Below are positions 8,582 through 19,261 of a DNA stretch of 36,975 bases, piece after piece (positions within the stretch are counted from its first letter, which is position 1; every line of letters begins with the position of its first letter). Source of the stretch: Chitinophaga pinensis (GTDB lineage: Bacteria > Bacteroidota > Bacteroidia > UKL13-3); the NCBI GenBank assembly GCA_945875195.1, contig CAMCJW010000002.1, positions 1 through 36,975 of the forward strand, in the 5' to 3' direction. The notes beneath the pieces are model-generated. The model saw nothing but the letters and a program-made list of their open reading frames with translations. It was not told the origin of the DNA and made no database searches. A program made the translations under genes and the position numbers.

Positions 8582-9268
8582 TTATTGCTTCAAAAATTTC
8601 TGAACTATTAGTCCATTTTCCGTTTGCGCATGCAATACATACAATCCGTTGTTTAATTCAGAAACATCTATGCTGTTTTGCATTACTGCCCCAGAACTGG
8701 CTAATCTGCCTGCAAGGTCATATACCTCAAAGCTGCTTGGATTAGCGCCTTCTACAAACAACTTGCTCGAAGTTGGCATTGGATACAACCTGTAACTGTG
8801 CGAACTCAGTTTTTTAACGCCAACATTGGTGCCATCATAATCAATTATTACACGCATCAAATCTCTGTTGTTATATAAATCTGGTGTAGTAATCCCGATT
8901 AAATTTGTGAGCTTAATATAAAAATCTCTCTCGCCAAAGAAGGTGCTATTGGCTGGTAAGTTGTATTTAAATACCTTTCTATTGGTAGAGTCATAGATAT
9001 TTACTCCCGGTTGAAAAATCCACTTAAAAGGGGGAAAGTTAAATTCAAAACCATTTCTTGCGCTTCCATCAATGGCAGTAACATCTGCGCCAACTTGAAT
9101 TCGTAACGTGTCGTTTTTAGGAACCCAAACAACCAATTCAACGCCCGCATTGGTGTCATTGTTGTTCCAATTATCGTAGTCTAAGTTGTTGTTAAACCCA
9201 AACTTAATTTGAGCCTGTGCCGCCAACACAGAGCAGAATAAAATGGCTATAAGTAATGTTTTTTTCAT
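8582..9268 (-). CDS. Secreted protein with a T9SS type-A C-terminal sorting domain; function unknown
   Basis: Signal peptide MKKTLLIAILFCSVLAAQAQ. The C-terminal ~70 aa (LYPMPTSSKLFVE ... VYDLAGRL ... LNNGLYVLHAQTENGLIVQKFLKQ) match the Por_Secre_tail pattern. Confidence 0.8.
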   Translation of the reverse strand: MKKTLLIAILFCSVLAAQAQIKFGFNNNLDYDNWNNNDTNAGVELVVWVPKNDTLRIQVGADVTAIDGSARNGFEFNFPPFKWIFQPGVNIYDSTNRKVFKYNLPANSTFFGERDFYIKLTNLIGITTPDLYNNRDLMRVIIDYDGTNVGVKKLSSHSYRLYPMPTSSKLFVEGANPSSFEVYDLAGRLASSGAVMQNSIDVSELNNGLYVLHAQTENGLIVQKFLKQ

Positions 9269-9369
9269 TTTCTATTTCTTTATTTTTGGGTTCAGCCCTA
9301 TTCAAAACCTTTTTTGGAATTACAAGTTTACTAAATTATTTGATGTAAAAAAATCAAAAAAGGTTGCAA

Positions 9370-11001
9370 TCAACGTATCCTAATTTTTTGACCAGGAATA
9401 ACCGAGTCGTTCATTGGGTGATTCAACTCCTTCATTTCTGCCACACTTACCCCGTATTTTTTTGCAATACTGTAAAGTGTATCGCCCTTTTGAACCAAGT
9501 GAAAAACTGGCTCTATGACGCTAGTTGGCGTTTTTATTTCCCCACCATTTTGAACAGGAACCACCACCAATTTTTGACCTATATAAATCTGTTCTGTACT
9601 CAAATTATTGGTTGCCATTAAGTCTTTGGTACCCATTCCATATAACCTGGCAATACCATATAATGTTTCACCTTGCCTTACAACATGCACCCCAGGAATA
9701 GCTTGAGGCTCTTTGGTATCTGCGCTTGTAATTGCTGGGTTAATAATTAACCGCTGCCCAACTCCTATCGAATCCGATTCTAGTAAATTCAAATACTTAA
9801 TAGCATCCACCCTAACCCCATATTTCTTTCCAATACCAAACAAGGTTTCTCCTTGCTGTACTGTATGGAAAAAGCTCAAATTCTCCTTAAATGAATGAGT
9901 GCTATCTACGCCAATCACTGTTTCTGCGGGCTTTTGTGTTTCTATATTTTGTATAGGGTTATCATAAACCGTTTCATTGTATTGGGTATCAACGGGGCTT
10001 ATGGCAGGGGCCGCCACCACTAGCTGTGAATCTGGTTTTGCAGCCTTTATAGTATCAACAAACAATGGCGCCTTATTGCGTTTGTTCTTTAAATAAATTT
10101 GCTCACCCTCCTTTGGCTCGTTGCCTGCAACCATCAAGTTTCTTTCCAAAAGCTTATCTACTTTAATGGCATAGCGTTGGCTAATCCAATGCATGGTTTG
10201 CCCGGTAAAAACAACATGATAAAGGCTATCTGTTTTGGGCTTTTTTGCCTTTAAGTATATTGTATCGCCTGCCACACAAACTGCATCCTTGTTTAAATCG
10301 TTGTACCTATACAGCTGGTGCACCTTAATGCCGTAATCTAGCGCAATTTGCGCATAACTTTCATTGGGTTTGGCCACAATTCCTGGCACACCATTGTTCA
10401 CAAATTCCTTACCATAACTTTTAACAATCTCAGCCTTCTCTTCCTTTAATTCCCTATCCTCTTCCTCACTCAATTTTACTACATCAAATCGGTTCAGCTT
10501 GTGGCGTTCTATAAAGGTAATCAACAAATCTGCATATTGCGGGTTTGTTGCATACCCAGCCTTCTTTAATCCTGCTGCCCAAGCTTTATAATCGGTTTGA
10601 TCCAAATCAAATAAAAAGGCATAACGTGTATTCCGCATCAAAAAATCTGAGTGGTCTCTATAACTATCCATTGCCGCATCATATTTCCTAAAACACTCTT
10701 GTGGCGCATCATCATCTTCAAAAAGCGTTTTACCTGTCCAGGTACTTTTACATTTTATGCCAAAATGGTTATTGGCCTCAACAGCCAGCCTACTATTTCC
10801 ATTTCCACTTTCTAATATGCCTTGCGCCAATGTAATAGATGCTGGTATTTTACTCCTATACATCTCATCTATGGCTGTAGCACTGTATTTTTCAATATAC
10901 TGCTCCACCGTTGTTTTAGGTGCAGGCAAGGCGTTTTCGGTTTGAGCCAAAAGTTGGCTGCCCCATAAAATTAGTAAAAAGAATAAAGGCGGTTTTCTCA
11001 T
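9370..11001 (-). CDS. Peptidoglycan hydrolase: GH73 N-acetylglucosaminidase domain plus about five LysM domains
   Basis: GH73 motif ITLAQGILESGNGNSRLAVEANNHFGIK. Repeated LysM units are present (HTVQQGETLFGIGKKYGV..., HVVRQGETLYGIARLYGM..., HLVQKGDTLYSIAKKYGV...). I place the start at the Met preceding the signal peptide (MRKPPLFFLLILWGSQLLAQ). Confidence 0.85.
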   Translation of the reverse strand: MRKPPLFFLLILWGSQLLAQTENALPAPKTTVEQYIEKYSATAIDEMYRSKIPASITLAQGILESGNGNSRLAVEANNHFGIKCKSTWTGKTLFEDDDAPQECFRKYDAAMDSYRDHSDFLMRNTRYAFLFDLDQTDYKAWAAGLKKAGYATNPQYADLLITFIERHKLNRFDVVKLSEEEDRELKEEKAEIVKSYGKEFVNNGVPGIVAKPNESYAQIALDYGIKVHQLYRYNDLNKDAVCVAGDTIYLKAKKPKTDSLYHVVFTGQTMHWISQRYAIKVDKLLERNLMVAGNEPKEGEQIYLKNKRNKAPLFVDTIKAAKPDSQLVVAAPAISPVDTQYNETVYDNPIQNIETQKPAETVIGVDSTHSFKENLSFFHTVQQGETLFGIGKKYGVRVDAIKYLNLLESDSIGVGQRLIINPAITSADTKEPQAIPGVHVVRQGETLYGIARLYGMGTKDLMATNNLSTEQIYIGQKLVVVPVQNGGEIKTPTSVIEPVFHLVQKGDTLYSIAKKYGVSVAEMKELNHPMNDSVIPGQKIRIR

Positions 11002-11174
11002 AGTATTTGCACAAATATATAAATCAAAGCAACTACCACCCAACGCGTTTGCCCACATTTACCAGTGGCTGTATAGATTAATAAGCACAACATAAATCAT
11101 TGTATTAAAAATAAATATAGGTGCCTATTTTTAATTGCCGTCTTTTTTGTAAATTACTTTTTATCGCCTTTCCC

Positions 11175-11182
11175 TATATTTG
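11175..11182 (+). promoter_or_regulatory. Candidate -7 promoter box (TAnnTTTG) for the dsbD-gmhA unit
   Basis: TATATTTG at 11175-11182, 75 nt upstream of the ATG at 11257. Confidence 0.3.
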
Positions 11183-11256
11183 TTATCTGTCTTTTTAGGT
11201 TTTTATTAAGGCAATAACTAAACTTGCTTTCGTTATTACATTATCATTTTCAAAAT

Positions 11257-13347
11257 ATGCAAAGTATACGCAATACCATACTTCTTTTACTCTTCGGCCT
11301 TAGTCCATTTATAGGTTCAGCCCAAATACAACAAAAACCTACTTGGGAACTAAAAACCAGCAAAACCGAGGTGAAGGCTGGAGAGGAAATAGAACTCATC
11401 TTTGCCTCCAAAATTCAAAAAGATTGGTACATGTATTCTTCCGACTTTAGCGATAGCGTTGGGCCAACAGTTGCATTTTTCGATTTTGCCAAACACCCAA
11501 GCTACCAACTTGTAGGAAAGCTAAAACCCGTTGGAAGCCACAAACATTTTGATGAGGTGTTCGAAGGAATAGTTTCAACTTTTGAAGGTAGGGCAGAGTT
11601 CAGACAAAAAGTAAAAATACTTCAAGCAAACCCTTTAATCAAAGTGGCTATTGAGTTCCAAGAATGCTCTAAAGTAACGGGCATGTGCGTTTTGTTTAAC
11701 GACGATTTACAATTTAAAAACATAAAGGTTACTGGTGTTGCCCAAAACGCAACCCAAAATGTTAATGCCCAATCAGCACCAACAGTTTTGCCTAATGCAG
11801 ATTCTGTTAACACGCAACAAGAACCTAATGCAATTGATACTGCTTCAAAAACAGGCAATGAAACTCAAAAATTAGGTGGTGGCGTATCTGGCAAAAATCA
11901 AACATCCCTTTGGGGCTTTTTAGTCTTTGCATTCCTCGGTGGATTAATTGCTGTTATTACGCCCTGCGTTTTCCCAATGCTTCCAATGACTGTTACCTTC
12001 TTTACCAAAAAAAGTGAGTCAAGGGCCCAAGCATTGCAACGTGCTTTTTCATTTGGTTTAAGTATTGTTGGAATTTATGCCTCACTTGGTTTGGTATTCG
12101 CTTTCTTTGGTTTGGGCGCAGACTTTGGAAATTGGCTCAGCACACATTGGGTGCCTAACATCCTTTTCTTTATCATATTCATTGTTTTTGCCTCTTCATT
12201 CTTAGGTATGTTCGAAATTTCCCTGCCACACCAATTTGTAAATTCTATTGATTCAAAAAGCAGCATGGGCTCATTTGCTGGGATTTTCTTCATGGCTTTT
12301 ACCTTGGTGCTCGTTTCTTTTAGCTGCACCGGTCCCATTGTTGGTTCTTTGCTCATTGAAGCTGTTGGCGGTAATTTTATCAAACCACTTTTAGGCATGG
12401 CGGCATTTGGCGCGGGGCTTGCTGCACCCTTTACGCTTTTTGCCATATTCCCTTCTTGGATTCAAAACCTGCCAAAATCTGGCGGTTGGCTCAACTCAGT
12501 AAAAGTTGTTTTGGGCTTCCTTGAACTTGCTTTTGCGTTTAAATTTCTATCCATTCCAGATCAAACCTACCATTGGGGATTATTGGACCGCGAAATTTAT
12601 ATCGCCATTTGGATTGTTATTTTCTTCCTCATGGGGCTTTATCTTTTGGGTAAAATTAAATTTAGCCACGACAGTGATATGCCTTACTTAGGTGTGCCTA
12701 GAATGGTAATGGCAATAGCAACATTTACTTTCGTTCTTTACTTGTTACCTGGCCTGTTCGGTGCGCCACTTAAAGCATTGGCGGGTTATTTGCCTCCCCA
12801 AGAAACTCTAGATTTTGATCTAAGCAAATCAAAGGGCGGTTCGAACCAAAACGCCCATGAAGCAAAAAATGATTTAGGCGAAATTAGGTTCAACAACCTC
12901 TTTCATTTGCCTCATGAGTTGCAGGGTTTCTTTGATTACAAACAGGCATTGGCCTATGCAAAAAAAGTAAACAAACCAATATTCATAGACTTCACCGGAC
13001 ACGGTTGCGTAAACTGCCGCGAAATGGAAGCCAATGTTTGGTCCGATAAAGAAGTACTAAAACGCCTTCAAAATGATTATGTAGTCTTAGCTTTGTACGT
13101 AGACGATAAAACTGAATTGCCACCAAACGAATGGTATACCAGTACTTACGATCAACGCGAAAAGAAAACCATAGGAAAACAAAACGCCGACCTTCAAATT
13201 AGCAGATACAGCGCCAATGCACAGCCTTATTATGTATTGATTGATCCCAATGAAAAAGTATTGGCCGAACCAAAAGCATACGATTTAAATGTTGCTAATT
13301 TTGTAGATTTTTTAGAAACAGGCAAGAAAGCTTTCTCTACCAAATAA
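11257..13347 (+). CDS. dsbD: Thiol:disulfide interchange protein DsbD-like (N-terminal alpha domain, CcdA-type membrane domain, C-terminal thioredoxin fold)
   Basis: All three cysteine pairs are present: CSKVTGMC in the periplasmic N-domain, [10 protein letters not shown] and [10 protein letters not shown] in transmembrane segments, and [11 protein letters not shown] (CxxC) in the C-terminal domain. I place the start at ATG 11257 ([16 protein letters not shown]) rather than the TTG at 11224. Confidence 0.85.
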   Translation: MQSIRNTILLLLFGLSPFIGSAQIQQKPTWELKTSKTEVKAGEEIELIFASKIQKDWYMYSSDFSDSVGPTVAFFDFAKHPSYQLVGKLKPVGSHKHFDEVFEGIVSTFEGRAEFRQKVKILQANPLIKVAIEFQECSKVTGMCVLFNDDLQFKNIKVTGVAQNATQNVNAQSAPTVLPNADSVNTQQEPNAIDTASKTGNETQKLGGGVSGKNQTSLWGFLVFAFLGGLIAVITPCVFPMLPMTVTFFTKKSESRAQALQRAFSFGLSIVGIYASLGLVFAFFGLGADFGNWLSTHWVPNILFFIIFIVFASSFLGMFEISLPHQFVNSIDSKSSMGSFAGIFFMAFTLVLVSFSCTGPIVGSLLIEAVGGNFIKPLLGMAAFGAGLAAPFTLFAIFPSWIQNLPKSGGWLNSVKVVLGFLELAFAFKFLSIPDQTYHWGLLDREIYIAIWIVIFFLMGLYLLGKIKFSHDSDMPYLGVPRMVMAIATFTFVLYLLPGLFGAPLKALAGYLPPQETLDFDLSKSKGGSNQNAHEAKNDLGEIRFNNLFHLPHELQGFFDYKQALAYAKKVNKPIFIDFTGHGCVNCREMEANVWSDKEVLKRLQNDYVVLALYVDDKTELPPNEWYTSTYDQREKKTIGKQNADLQISRYSANAQPYYVLIDPNEKVLAEPKAYDLNVANFVDFLETGKKAFSTK

Positions 13348-13358
13348 TATTTATTTTC

Positions 13359-13925
13359 ATGAGCAATATCAAACAACATTTCACCGAAGCACATAGCGTA
13401 CTAGCAGCTTTTTTAGCAGATGACACCAACTTCCAAAACATTGAGGCTGCTGGTAAAATAATGGTTGAATCCATTAAAGCAGGAGGCAAAATCATGAGCT
13501 GTGGCAATGGCGGCAGCATGTGCGATGCCATGCATTTTGCCGAAGAACTTACTGGCAAATACCGCAATGATAGGCCAGCAATCGCCGCCATCTCTATGAG
13601 CGATGTGAGCCACATGGCATGCGTAGGAAACGATTATGGCTACGATTTTGTATTCAGCAGGTACCTCGAAGCCATTGGTCGCCCCGGCGATGTATTACTC
13701 GGAATCTCCACTAGTGGAAACAGCAAAAACGTACTCAACGCCATGGAAGTAGCCCGCAAAAAAGGCATCAAAATAATTGGCTTAACCGGCAAAGACGGCG
13801 GAAAAATGGCCAGCAACTGCGATGTCGAAATCAGAGCACCCCATAGCAACTACGCAGATCGCGCCCAAGAAATCCACATCAAATGCATCCACTCCCTCAT
13901 AGACTACATCGAAACCCACCTCTAG
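13359..13925 (+). CDS. gmhA: D-sedoheptulose-7-phosphate isomerase (SIS domain)
   Basis: 188 aa with [21 protein letters not shown] and [22 protein letters not shown], typical of GmhA. Confidence 0.9.
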   Translation: MSNIKQHFTEAHSVLAAFLADDTNFQNIEAAGKIMVESIKAGGKIMSCGNGGSMCDAMHFAEELTGKYRNDRPAIAAISMSDVSHMACVGNDYGYDFVFSRYLEAIGRPGDVLLGISTSGNSKNVLNAMEVARKKGIKIIGLTGKDGGKMASNCDVEIRAPHSNYADRAQEIHIKCIHSLIDYIETHL

Positions 13926-13940
13926 TCATGATGTCCCTCC

Positions 13941-14152
13941 ACACCACCACCCCAGCCTTCAGGCTGGAGCTACACACAGACACTCACACCACCAACCCCA
14001 GCCTTCAGGCTGGGGACACACACAGACACTCACACCACCACCCCAACCTTCAGGCTGGAGCTACACACAGTCACTCACACCACCACCACAGCCTTCAGGC
14101 TGGGGACACAGACACTCACACCACCACCACAGCCTTCAGGCTGGAGCTATAG
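13941..14152. repeat. Tandem array of five ~41-46-bp units, each containing the palindrome CCAGCC-TTCA-GGCTGG
   Basis: The core (A/G)(G/A)CCTTCAGGCT recurs at 13954, 14000, 14045, 14090 and 14131. The flanks ACACCACCACC and (GGAGCTA/GGGGACA)CACACAGACACTC are also conserved. The array fills almost the whole gmhA-permease intergenic region. Confidence 0.9.
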
Positions 14153-14162
14153 ACAGAAGCTA

Positions 14163-15866
14163 ATGCAACTAAAAACCCTCTTCCGCAGAAAAACCATCCG
14201 CGATATCCTCGCAGATAACGCCCTAGCCGAAAAAAACGGACACCAGCTCCAAAAAACACTCGGCTTTCGCGACCTTACCGCAATGGGTATTGCGGCAATT
14301 ATTGGTGCAGGAATCTTTAGCACTATTGGCAATGCTAGTTTCAATGGTGGACCAGCAGTGGTAACTTTGTTTATTTTTACCGCCATTGCCTGCGGATTCT
14401 CTGCCATGTGCTATGCGGAATTTGCCTCTGTTATTCCTATAAGTGGCAGTGCATATACATACGCCTATGCGGCATTTGGAGAAGTAATTGCTTGGATAAT
14501 TGGTTGGGCCCTCATCGTAGAATACGCAATAGGAAACATTGTGGTAGCTATCAGTTGGAGCGATTACTTTACTGGTTTAATGGCTGGCTTAGGTTGGCAT
14601 ATTCCTGAGTACTTTGGAATGGATTACCTTTCGGCAAAACGAGGATTTGAAGAGGCTGCCGCACTTTTAGGTTCAAACCAACCACTTACTGCCGCCTTAC
14701 AAGAGGCCCACACTGCTTGGTCTAATGCACCTGTAATTTTAGGCTTTAAGTTAATTCTAGATTTACCTGCCGTTGGAATTGTACTGGCAATTACTGCATT
14801 GATTTTTAGAGGAGTTAAAGAAACAAAAAATGCCGCCAACGCAATGGTTATTATAAAGTTAATTGTAGTTGTTATGGTGATTGTGGTGGGTGCATTTTAT
14901 GTAAACCCAGATAACTGGAGCCCATTTTCACCAAACGGAATGGAGGGCGTACTCAAAGGTGTTTCCTCTGTGTTCTTTGCATACATTGGATTTGATGCAC
15001 TTGCAACTACTGCAGAAGAATGTAAAAACCCCAGAAAAGACCTACCTCGAAGTATGGTGGCTTCATTAATAATCTGCACCATACTTTATGTGTTAATTGC
15101 CTTAGTACTCACAGGAATGGTAAGTTATACAGAATTAGGCGTTGGCGACCCACTTGCTTTTGTCTTTGAAAAAGTAAACCTCAAATGGATGCAAGGTATA
15201 GTTGCCGTTAGTGCGGTTATTGCTATGGCAAGTGTGCTCCTTGTTTTTCAAAATGGCCAACCCCGCATCTGGATGAGCATGAGCCGCGACGGGCTGCTAC
15301 CTAAAAAATTTAGCGCCATCCATCCAAAATATAAAACGCCCTGGTTCGCAACAATTATTACTGGTATTTTAGTTGCTGTGCCAGCACTATTCATGAACCT
15401 AAAAGAAGTAACAGATTTGTCAAGCATAGGAACCCTTTTTGCTTTTGTCTTGGTGAATGCTGGGGTTATTAGAATGGAAAGCCACAAAAGTGAATACCAT
15501 ACTGGCTTCAGAGTACCATATATCAATGGAAAATATTGGGTGCCCGCCCTATTTATTGTGTCTATTTTAGCACTGCTCTTGACTCGCCTAGATGATTTTC
15601 TGGTGTTTTTTCAGTTCAACAATTTCTGGCAACAAATTCCACTTCTTTCCTTTTTGATTCTGAGTTTGTTTATGTCTATTTTTAGCTTTAAAAGAAACTA
15701 TTCATTATTGCCTGTTTTGGGCTTATGCAGTAATTTTTATTTAATGACAGAGCTTGGTTTGAGCAACTGGATTGGCTTTTCTATTTGGTTGGTTTTGGGC
15801 TTGATTATTTACTTTTCTTACGGCAACAAAAACAGCTTACTTCTTAAAAAAGTTTCGATTGATTAG
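14163..15866 (+). CDS. APC-superfamily amino acid permease (cationic amino acid transporter-like)
   Basis: 567 aa and polytopic. The N-terminus (LQKTLGFRDLTAMGIAAIIGAGIFSTIG) and FAYIGFDALATTAEECKNPRKDLP are typical of the family. Confidence 0.85.
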   Translation: MQLKTLFRRKTIRDILADNALAEKNGHQLQKTLGFRDLTAMGIAAIIGAGIFSTIGNASFNGGPAVVTLFIFTAIACGFSAMCYAEFASVIPISGSAYTYAYAAFGEVIAWIIGWALIVEYAIGNIVVAISWSDYFTGLMAGLGWHIPEYFGMDYLSAKRGFEEAAALLGSNQPLTAALQEAHTAWSNAPVILGFKLILDLPAVGIVLAITALIFRGVKETKNAANAMVIIKLIVVVMVIVVGAFYVNPDNWSPFSPNGMEGVLKGVSSVFFAYIGFDALATTAEECKNPRKDLPRSMVASLIICTILYVLIALVLTGMVSYTELGVGDPLAFVFEKVNLKWMQGIVAVSAVIAMASVLLVFQNGQPRIWMSMSRDGLLPKKFSAIHPKYKTPWFATIITGILVAVPALFMNLKEVTDLSSIGTLFAFVLVNAGVIRMESHKSEYHTGFRVPYINGKYWVPALFIVSILALLLTRLDDFLVFFQFNNFWQQIPLLSFLILSLFMSIFSFKRNYSLLPVLGLCSNFYLMTELGLSNWIGFSIWLVLGLIIYFSYGNKNSLLLKKVSID

Positions 15867-15958
15867 AGGCGTTATTCCGCTTATCGACAAATAGTAGCAT
15901 TTTATCAAACAATTTGAGACTTTCAACTATGGAAACTTGGTGTTGCAAAGTATGGGCT

Positions 15959-15966
15959 TAGTTTTG
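15959..15966 (+). promoter_or_regulatory. Candidate -7 promoter box (TAnnTTTG) for the TonB-dependent receptor operon
   Basis: TAGTTTTG at 15959-15966, 33 nt upstream of the start at 15999. A TTG lies about 20 nt further upstream. Confidence 0.35.
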
Positions 15967-15998
15967 TAGCATCAATAACCAAGTCAAATAACCAAATT

Positions 15999-18380
15999 TT
16001 GAAAACAAAACTCCTCATTACCCTTGTATTCTTGTTCTCAGGAATATGCTTTACTCAAGCTCAAAGCCGCAACCACAGCATGAGTGGATACATCAAAGAC
16101 GCTAAAAATGGCGAAGAATTAATTGGCGCTACCGTTTCCATTCCAGAACTAAAAATTGGCACCACCACAAATGCTTACGGCTTTTATTCACTTTCTGTGC
16201 CCCCAGGAAACCATGAAGTTGAAATATCTTACATAGGTTATACTGTTATCAAAAAAACGGTTAACCTTACCCAAGATTTAACCCAAAATTTTGAGCTTTC
16301 CGAATCAAAAAAGGAATTAAAAGAACTAGTAATCAAAACTGATAAGATTAATGGCGACAATGTTTCTCAGAACAAAATGAGTGTTGTTAAAATTGATGTA
16401 AAGCAGGTTAAAAAAATTCCAATCCTTTTAGGTGAAGTAGATATTATCAAAGCAATTCAGTTGCTACCGGGCGTGCAAGCAGCCGGGGATGGTAGCACCA
16501 ACTTTATTGTTCGTGGAGGCAACATTGACCATAACTTAGTTTTATTGGATGAGGCAGTAGTTTACAATCCATCTCATGTGCTTGGATTTTTCTCAACCTT
16601 TAATGGCGATGCTGTGAAAGATTTCGAAATATACAAGGGTGGCATTCCGGCTCAATATGGTGGTCGTTTAGCCAGCGTGCTAGATGTGCACATGAAAGAT
16701 GGAAACACCAAAAAACTCGGCGTAACAGGCGGAATTGGTGTGCTTTCTTCTCGTTTAACCATTGAAGCGCCCATCATAAAAGATAAGTCGTCCTTCTTAA
16801 TTTCAGGAAGAAGAAGCTACTTCGACTTATTTTTCCCGCTTAGGCCAGAATTAAACGATGTAACAGCCTATTTCGGTGATCTGAACCTAAAGCTTAATTA
16901 TACCTTAGGAAACAAAGACAAATTATACCTGTCTGGTTACTTCGGTAGAGACGATCTGGGCTTTGGAAAATTCTTCGGTTTTGGCTGGGGTAACAAAACC
17001 GGCACCTTGCGCTGGAACCATATTTTTAATAGTCGCCTTTTCGTGAATACAAGTTTGGTTTATAGCCGTTACAATTACAACTTCGATATCAATATCAGTG
17101 ACAACCTAAACTTTACACGACAAAATTTTATTGACGATTTAAACCTAAAGGTTGACTTTAGTTACTATGCATCTGCAAATTCACTTGTAAAATTTGGTGC
17201 CAAGGTTAATAATTTTGTTTTCCTTCCTGGTAAAATTGACCCAATTACCAGCGCTTCCATTGTGGCCTCAGATGCACTTCCTAAAAAAAGAGCTGTTGAG
17301 CAAGACCTCTATGCCTCGCACAGCATTAAATTGGGTTCAAGATTAACTACAGAATATGGTGCACGTGTTTCAATTTTTTCAAACATAGGCGAAGGAAGAA
17401 GCCTTAATTATGTAGGCGGAAAGCCAACAATTGTTGAAAATGGATTTGTTATACAAGCTCCATTCGAAAGCAATAAATATACAAATTATGCCAAAGGTGA
17501 AATTTATAATACCAATATAGGGTTTGAACCAAGACTAAATGCAACCTATTTACTTAATTCAACTAGCTCAATCAAGGGCTCATATAACCGCATGTATCAA
17601 TACATGCACCTTATTCAAAATATCACAGCCTCTACCGGCCAAGAGTTTTGGACACCCAGCGATAATTACATCAAACCCCAAATGGCTGATCAAGTAGCTA
17701 TTGGCTATTTTAAAAACTTTATGGATAATGCCATTGAATTTTCTGCAGAAACCTATTTCAAAAAAATGAAAAATACGGTTGAGTTAAGAGATGGGGCTGA
17801 AATAGATTTCAATGAGGCAATAGAAGGACAAGTAGTTGCTGGCCGAGGCAGAGCTTATGGCTTAGAACTTTTTGTTCGCAAGCAATCTGGAAAAACAACG
17901 GGTTGGGTTGGGTATACCTTATCAAAAAGTGAGCGCCAAGCAGATAATATCAACAACAATGAGTGGTATTCTTTCCGTTTCGATAGAACCAATTACTTAA
18001 CCGTGGTTATCAACCGCGAACTAACAGAGCGCTTGAGTCTATCTGGTAATTTTATTTATGCCACCGGTGAAGCCTTTACACAGGCAAGCCAAAAGTATAC
18101 CGTTTTTGGCGGCTCCCAGCCTTCTATCTATTATGGTGCTAGAAACAGTGCTAGATTCCCTGCTTATCACCGCGCCGACTTATCTCTAACCATTGGCAGA
18201 AAGAAAAGACCAGGTAGGGTTTATAAAAACGAAAGTGATTTAGTCATTGCCGTTTATAATGTTTATGGTAGAAAAAACGCTTATACGCTCAGCTACGAAA
18301 CAGTTAATAATTTGCCTGTTGTGCAAAAATGGTACCTCTTTACCTTTGTTCCTTCAATTACTTATAATTTCAAATTCTAA
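15999..18380 (+). CDS. TonB-dependent outer-membrane receptor with an N-terminal CarboxypepD_reg-like domain
   Basis: TTG start followed by a good signal peptide (MKTKLLITLVFLFSGICFTQAQ). It has a carboxypeptidase-regulatory-like fold (GYIKDAKNGEELIGATVSI ... YGFYSLSVPPGNHEVEISYIGY) and a plug region (DIIKAIQLLPGVQ, FIVRGG). The beta-barrel ends in a terminal aromatic residue (...ITYNFKF). Confidence 0.85.
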   Translation: MKTKLLITLVFLFSGICFTQAQSRNHSMSGYIKDAKNGEELIGATVSIPELKIGTTTNAYGFYSLSVPPGNHEVEISYIGYTVIKKTVNLTQDLTQNFELSESKKELKELVIKTDKINGDNVSQNKMSVVKIDVKQVKKIPILLGEVDIIKAIQLLPGVQAAGDGSTNFIVRGGNIDHNLVLLDEAVVYNPSHVLGFFSTFNGDAVKDFEIYKGGIPAQYGGRLASVLDVHMKDGNTKKLGVTGGIGVLSSRLTIEAPIIKDKSSFLISGRRSYFDLFFPLRPELNDVTAYFGDLNLKLNYTLGNKDKLYLSGYFGRDDLGFGKFFGFGWGNKTGTLRWNHIFNSRLFVNTSLVYSRYNYNFDINISDNLNFTRQNFIDDLNLKVDFSYYASANSLVKFGAKVNNFVFLPGKIDPITSASIVASDALPKKRAVEQDLYASHSIKLGSRLTTEYGARVSIFSNIGEGRSLNYVGGKPTIVENGFVIQAPFESNKYTNYAKGEIYNTNIGFEPRLNATYLLNSTSSIKGSYNRMYQYMHLIQNITASTGQEFWTPSDNYIKPQMADQVAIGYFKNFMDNAIEFSAETYFKKMKNTVELRDGAEIDFNEAIEGQVVAGRGRAYGLELFVRKQSGKTTGWVGYTLSKSERQADNINNNEWYSFRFDRTNYLTVVINRELTERLSLSGNFIYATGEAFTQASQKYTVFGGSQPSIYYGARNSARFPAYHRADLSLTIGRKKRPGRVYKNESDLVIAVYNVYGRKNAYTLSYETVNNLPVVQKWYLFTFVPSITYNFKF

Positions 18381-18394
18381 TTATTATCCCAATA

Positions 18395-19198
18395 ATGAAA
18401 AATATACTATTTAGCCTCATGGTAAGCGTATTTGTCTTATCTAGTTGCAAAGAAAAAATTGATATCCAGGTTCAAGACCGCGATCCTATTCTAGTGGTAG
18501 AAGCAGAAGTTACTACCGAGTTGGATAGTTCTTACGTTAAGCTAAGTTTAAGCACTAATTATTTTGTAGCTGGTAATCCTCCAAAAGTAACCAATGCTGT
18601 TGTGAATGTTAATGGAATACCCTTCACTTATATTCCTTCGCAAGACCTTTATAGACCTTCAATTGGTTACGTTGGCAAAACCGATTCTGTTTATTCGCTA
18701 TCTGTAAATTACGATAATAAAATATATACTGCTTCTACCAAAATTGAAAGAATGTTTAGGGTAGATAGCTTCTTTCAAACTTGGAAAGAGGCAGAAGGTT
18801 TCCTTCCCGCAGGCTATGCTGTGAGTTATTCCGCCTTCGATGACCGACCCTTAACAAAATATACTTATTATGTAAATGGCTATTTTGATACCATCGTTCA
18901 ACGAGATTCATTTGATGGAAATAAAATTCTTTTTGATAACAGCATTACGCCAATAAATGCGCAATTTAATTTTGAAATTCCCTTTGCCCGCTTTAACTCA
19001 GGCGATGAATATATTGCCATTTTCAGATCCATTGATAAAAAAATGAATGCTTTTATAACCGCATTTAACAATCAAAGCCCTGGAATTCCAGGCCCATTTC
19101 AAGTGCCGCCCGCTAACCTTCCAACCAATATTGTTGGTGGTGCCGTTGGTTACTTTGCTGGATACGATGTGCAGCGTTGGCGATATAGGGTCAAATAA
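18395..19198 (+). CDS. DUF4249-like lipoprotein (usual partner of this receptor type)
   Basis: Lipoprotein signal (VLSSC) followed by KEKIDIQVQDRDPILVVEAEVT, as in DUF4249 proteins. It starts 14 nt after the receptor stop. Confidence 0.6.
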   Translation: MKNILFSLMVSVFVLSSCKEKIDIQVQDRDPILVVEAEVTTELDSSYVKLSLSTNYFVAGNPPKVTNAVVNVNGIPFTYIPSQDLYRPSIGYVGKTDSVYSLSVNYDNKIYTASTKIERMFRVDSFFQTWKEAEGFLPAGYAVSYSAFDDRPLTKYTYYVNGYFDTIVQRDSFDGNKILFDNSITPINAQFNFEIPFARFNSGDEYIAIFRSIDKKMNAFITAFNNQSPGIPGPFQVPPANLPTNIVGGAVGYFAGYDVQRWRYRVK

Positions 19199-19261
19199 TT
19201 TTTATGAATTAATTTGGAATTTTTTCGGCTATTTCACGTTACTAAAACATAGTTTTGTAAC

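Noticed and set aside
13883-14152. 89-aa plus-strand ORF rich in His/Thr (HTDTHTT ... HSHHH), which could be read as a metal-binding peptide
   Set aside because: Its repetitive composition is just the translation of the 45-bp tandem DNA repeat. It overlaps the 3' end of gmhA and has no independent start context. I treat it as an artefact of the repeat.
13941-14152. Possible CRISPR array (regularly spaced palindromic repeats)
   Set aside because: The sequences between the palindromes are themselves conserved from unit to unit, so there are no unique spacers. The period is only about 45 bp, and no cas genes are present.
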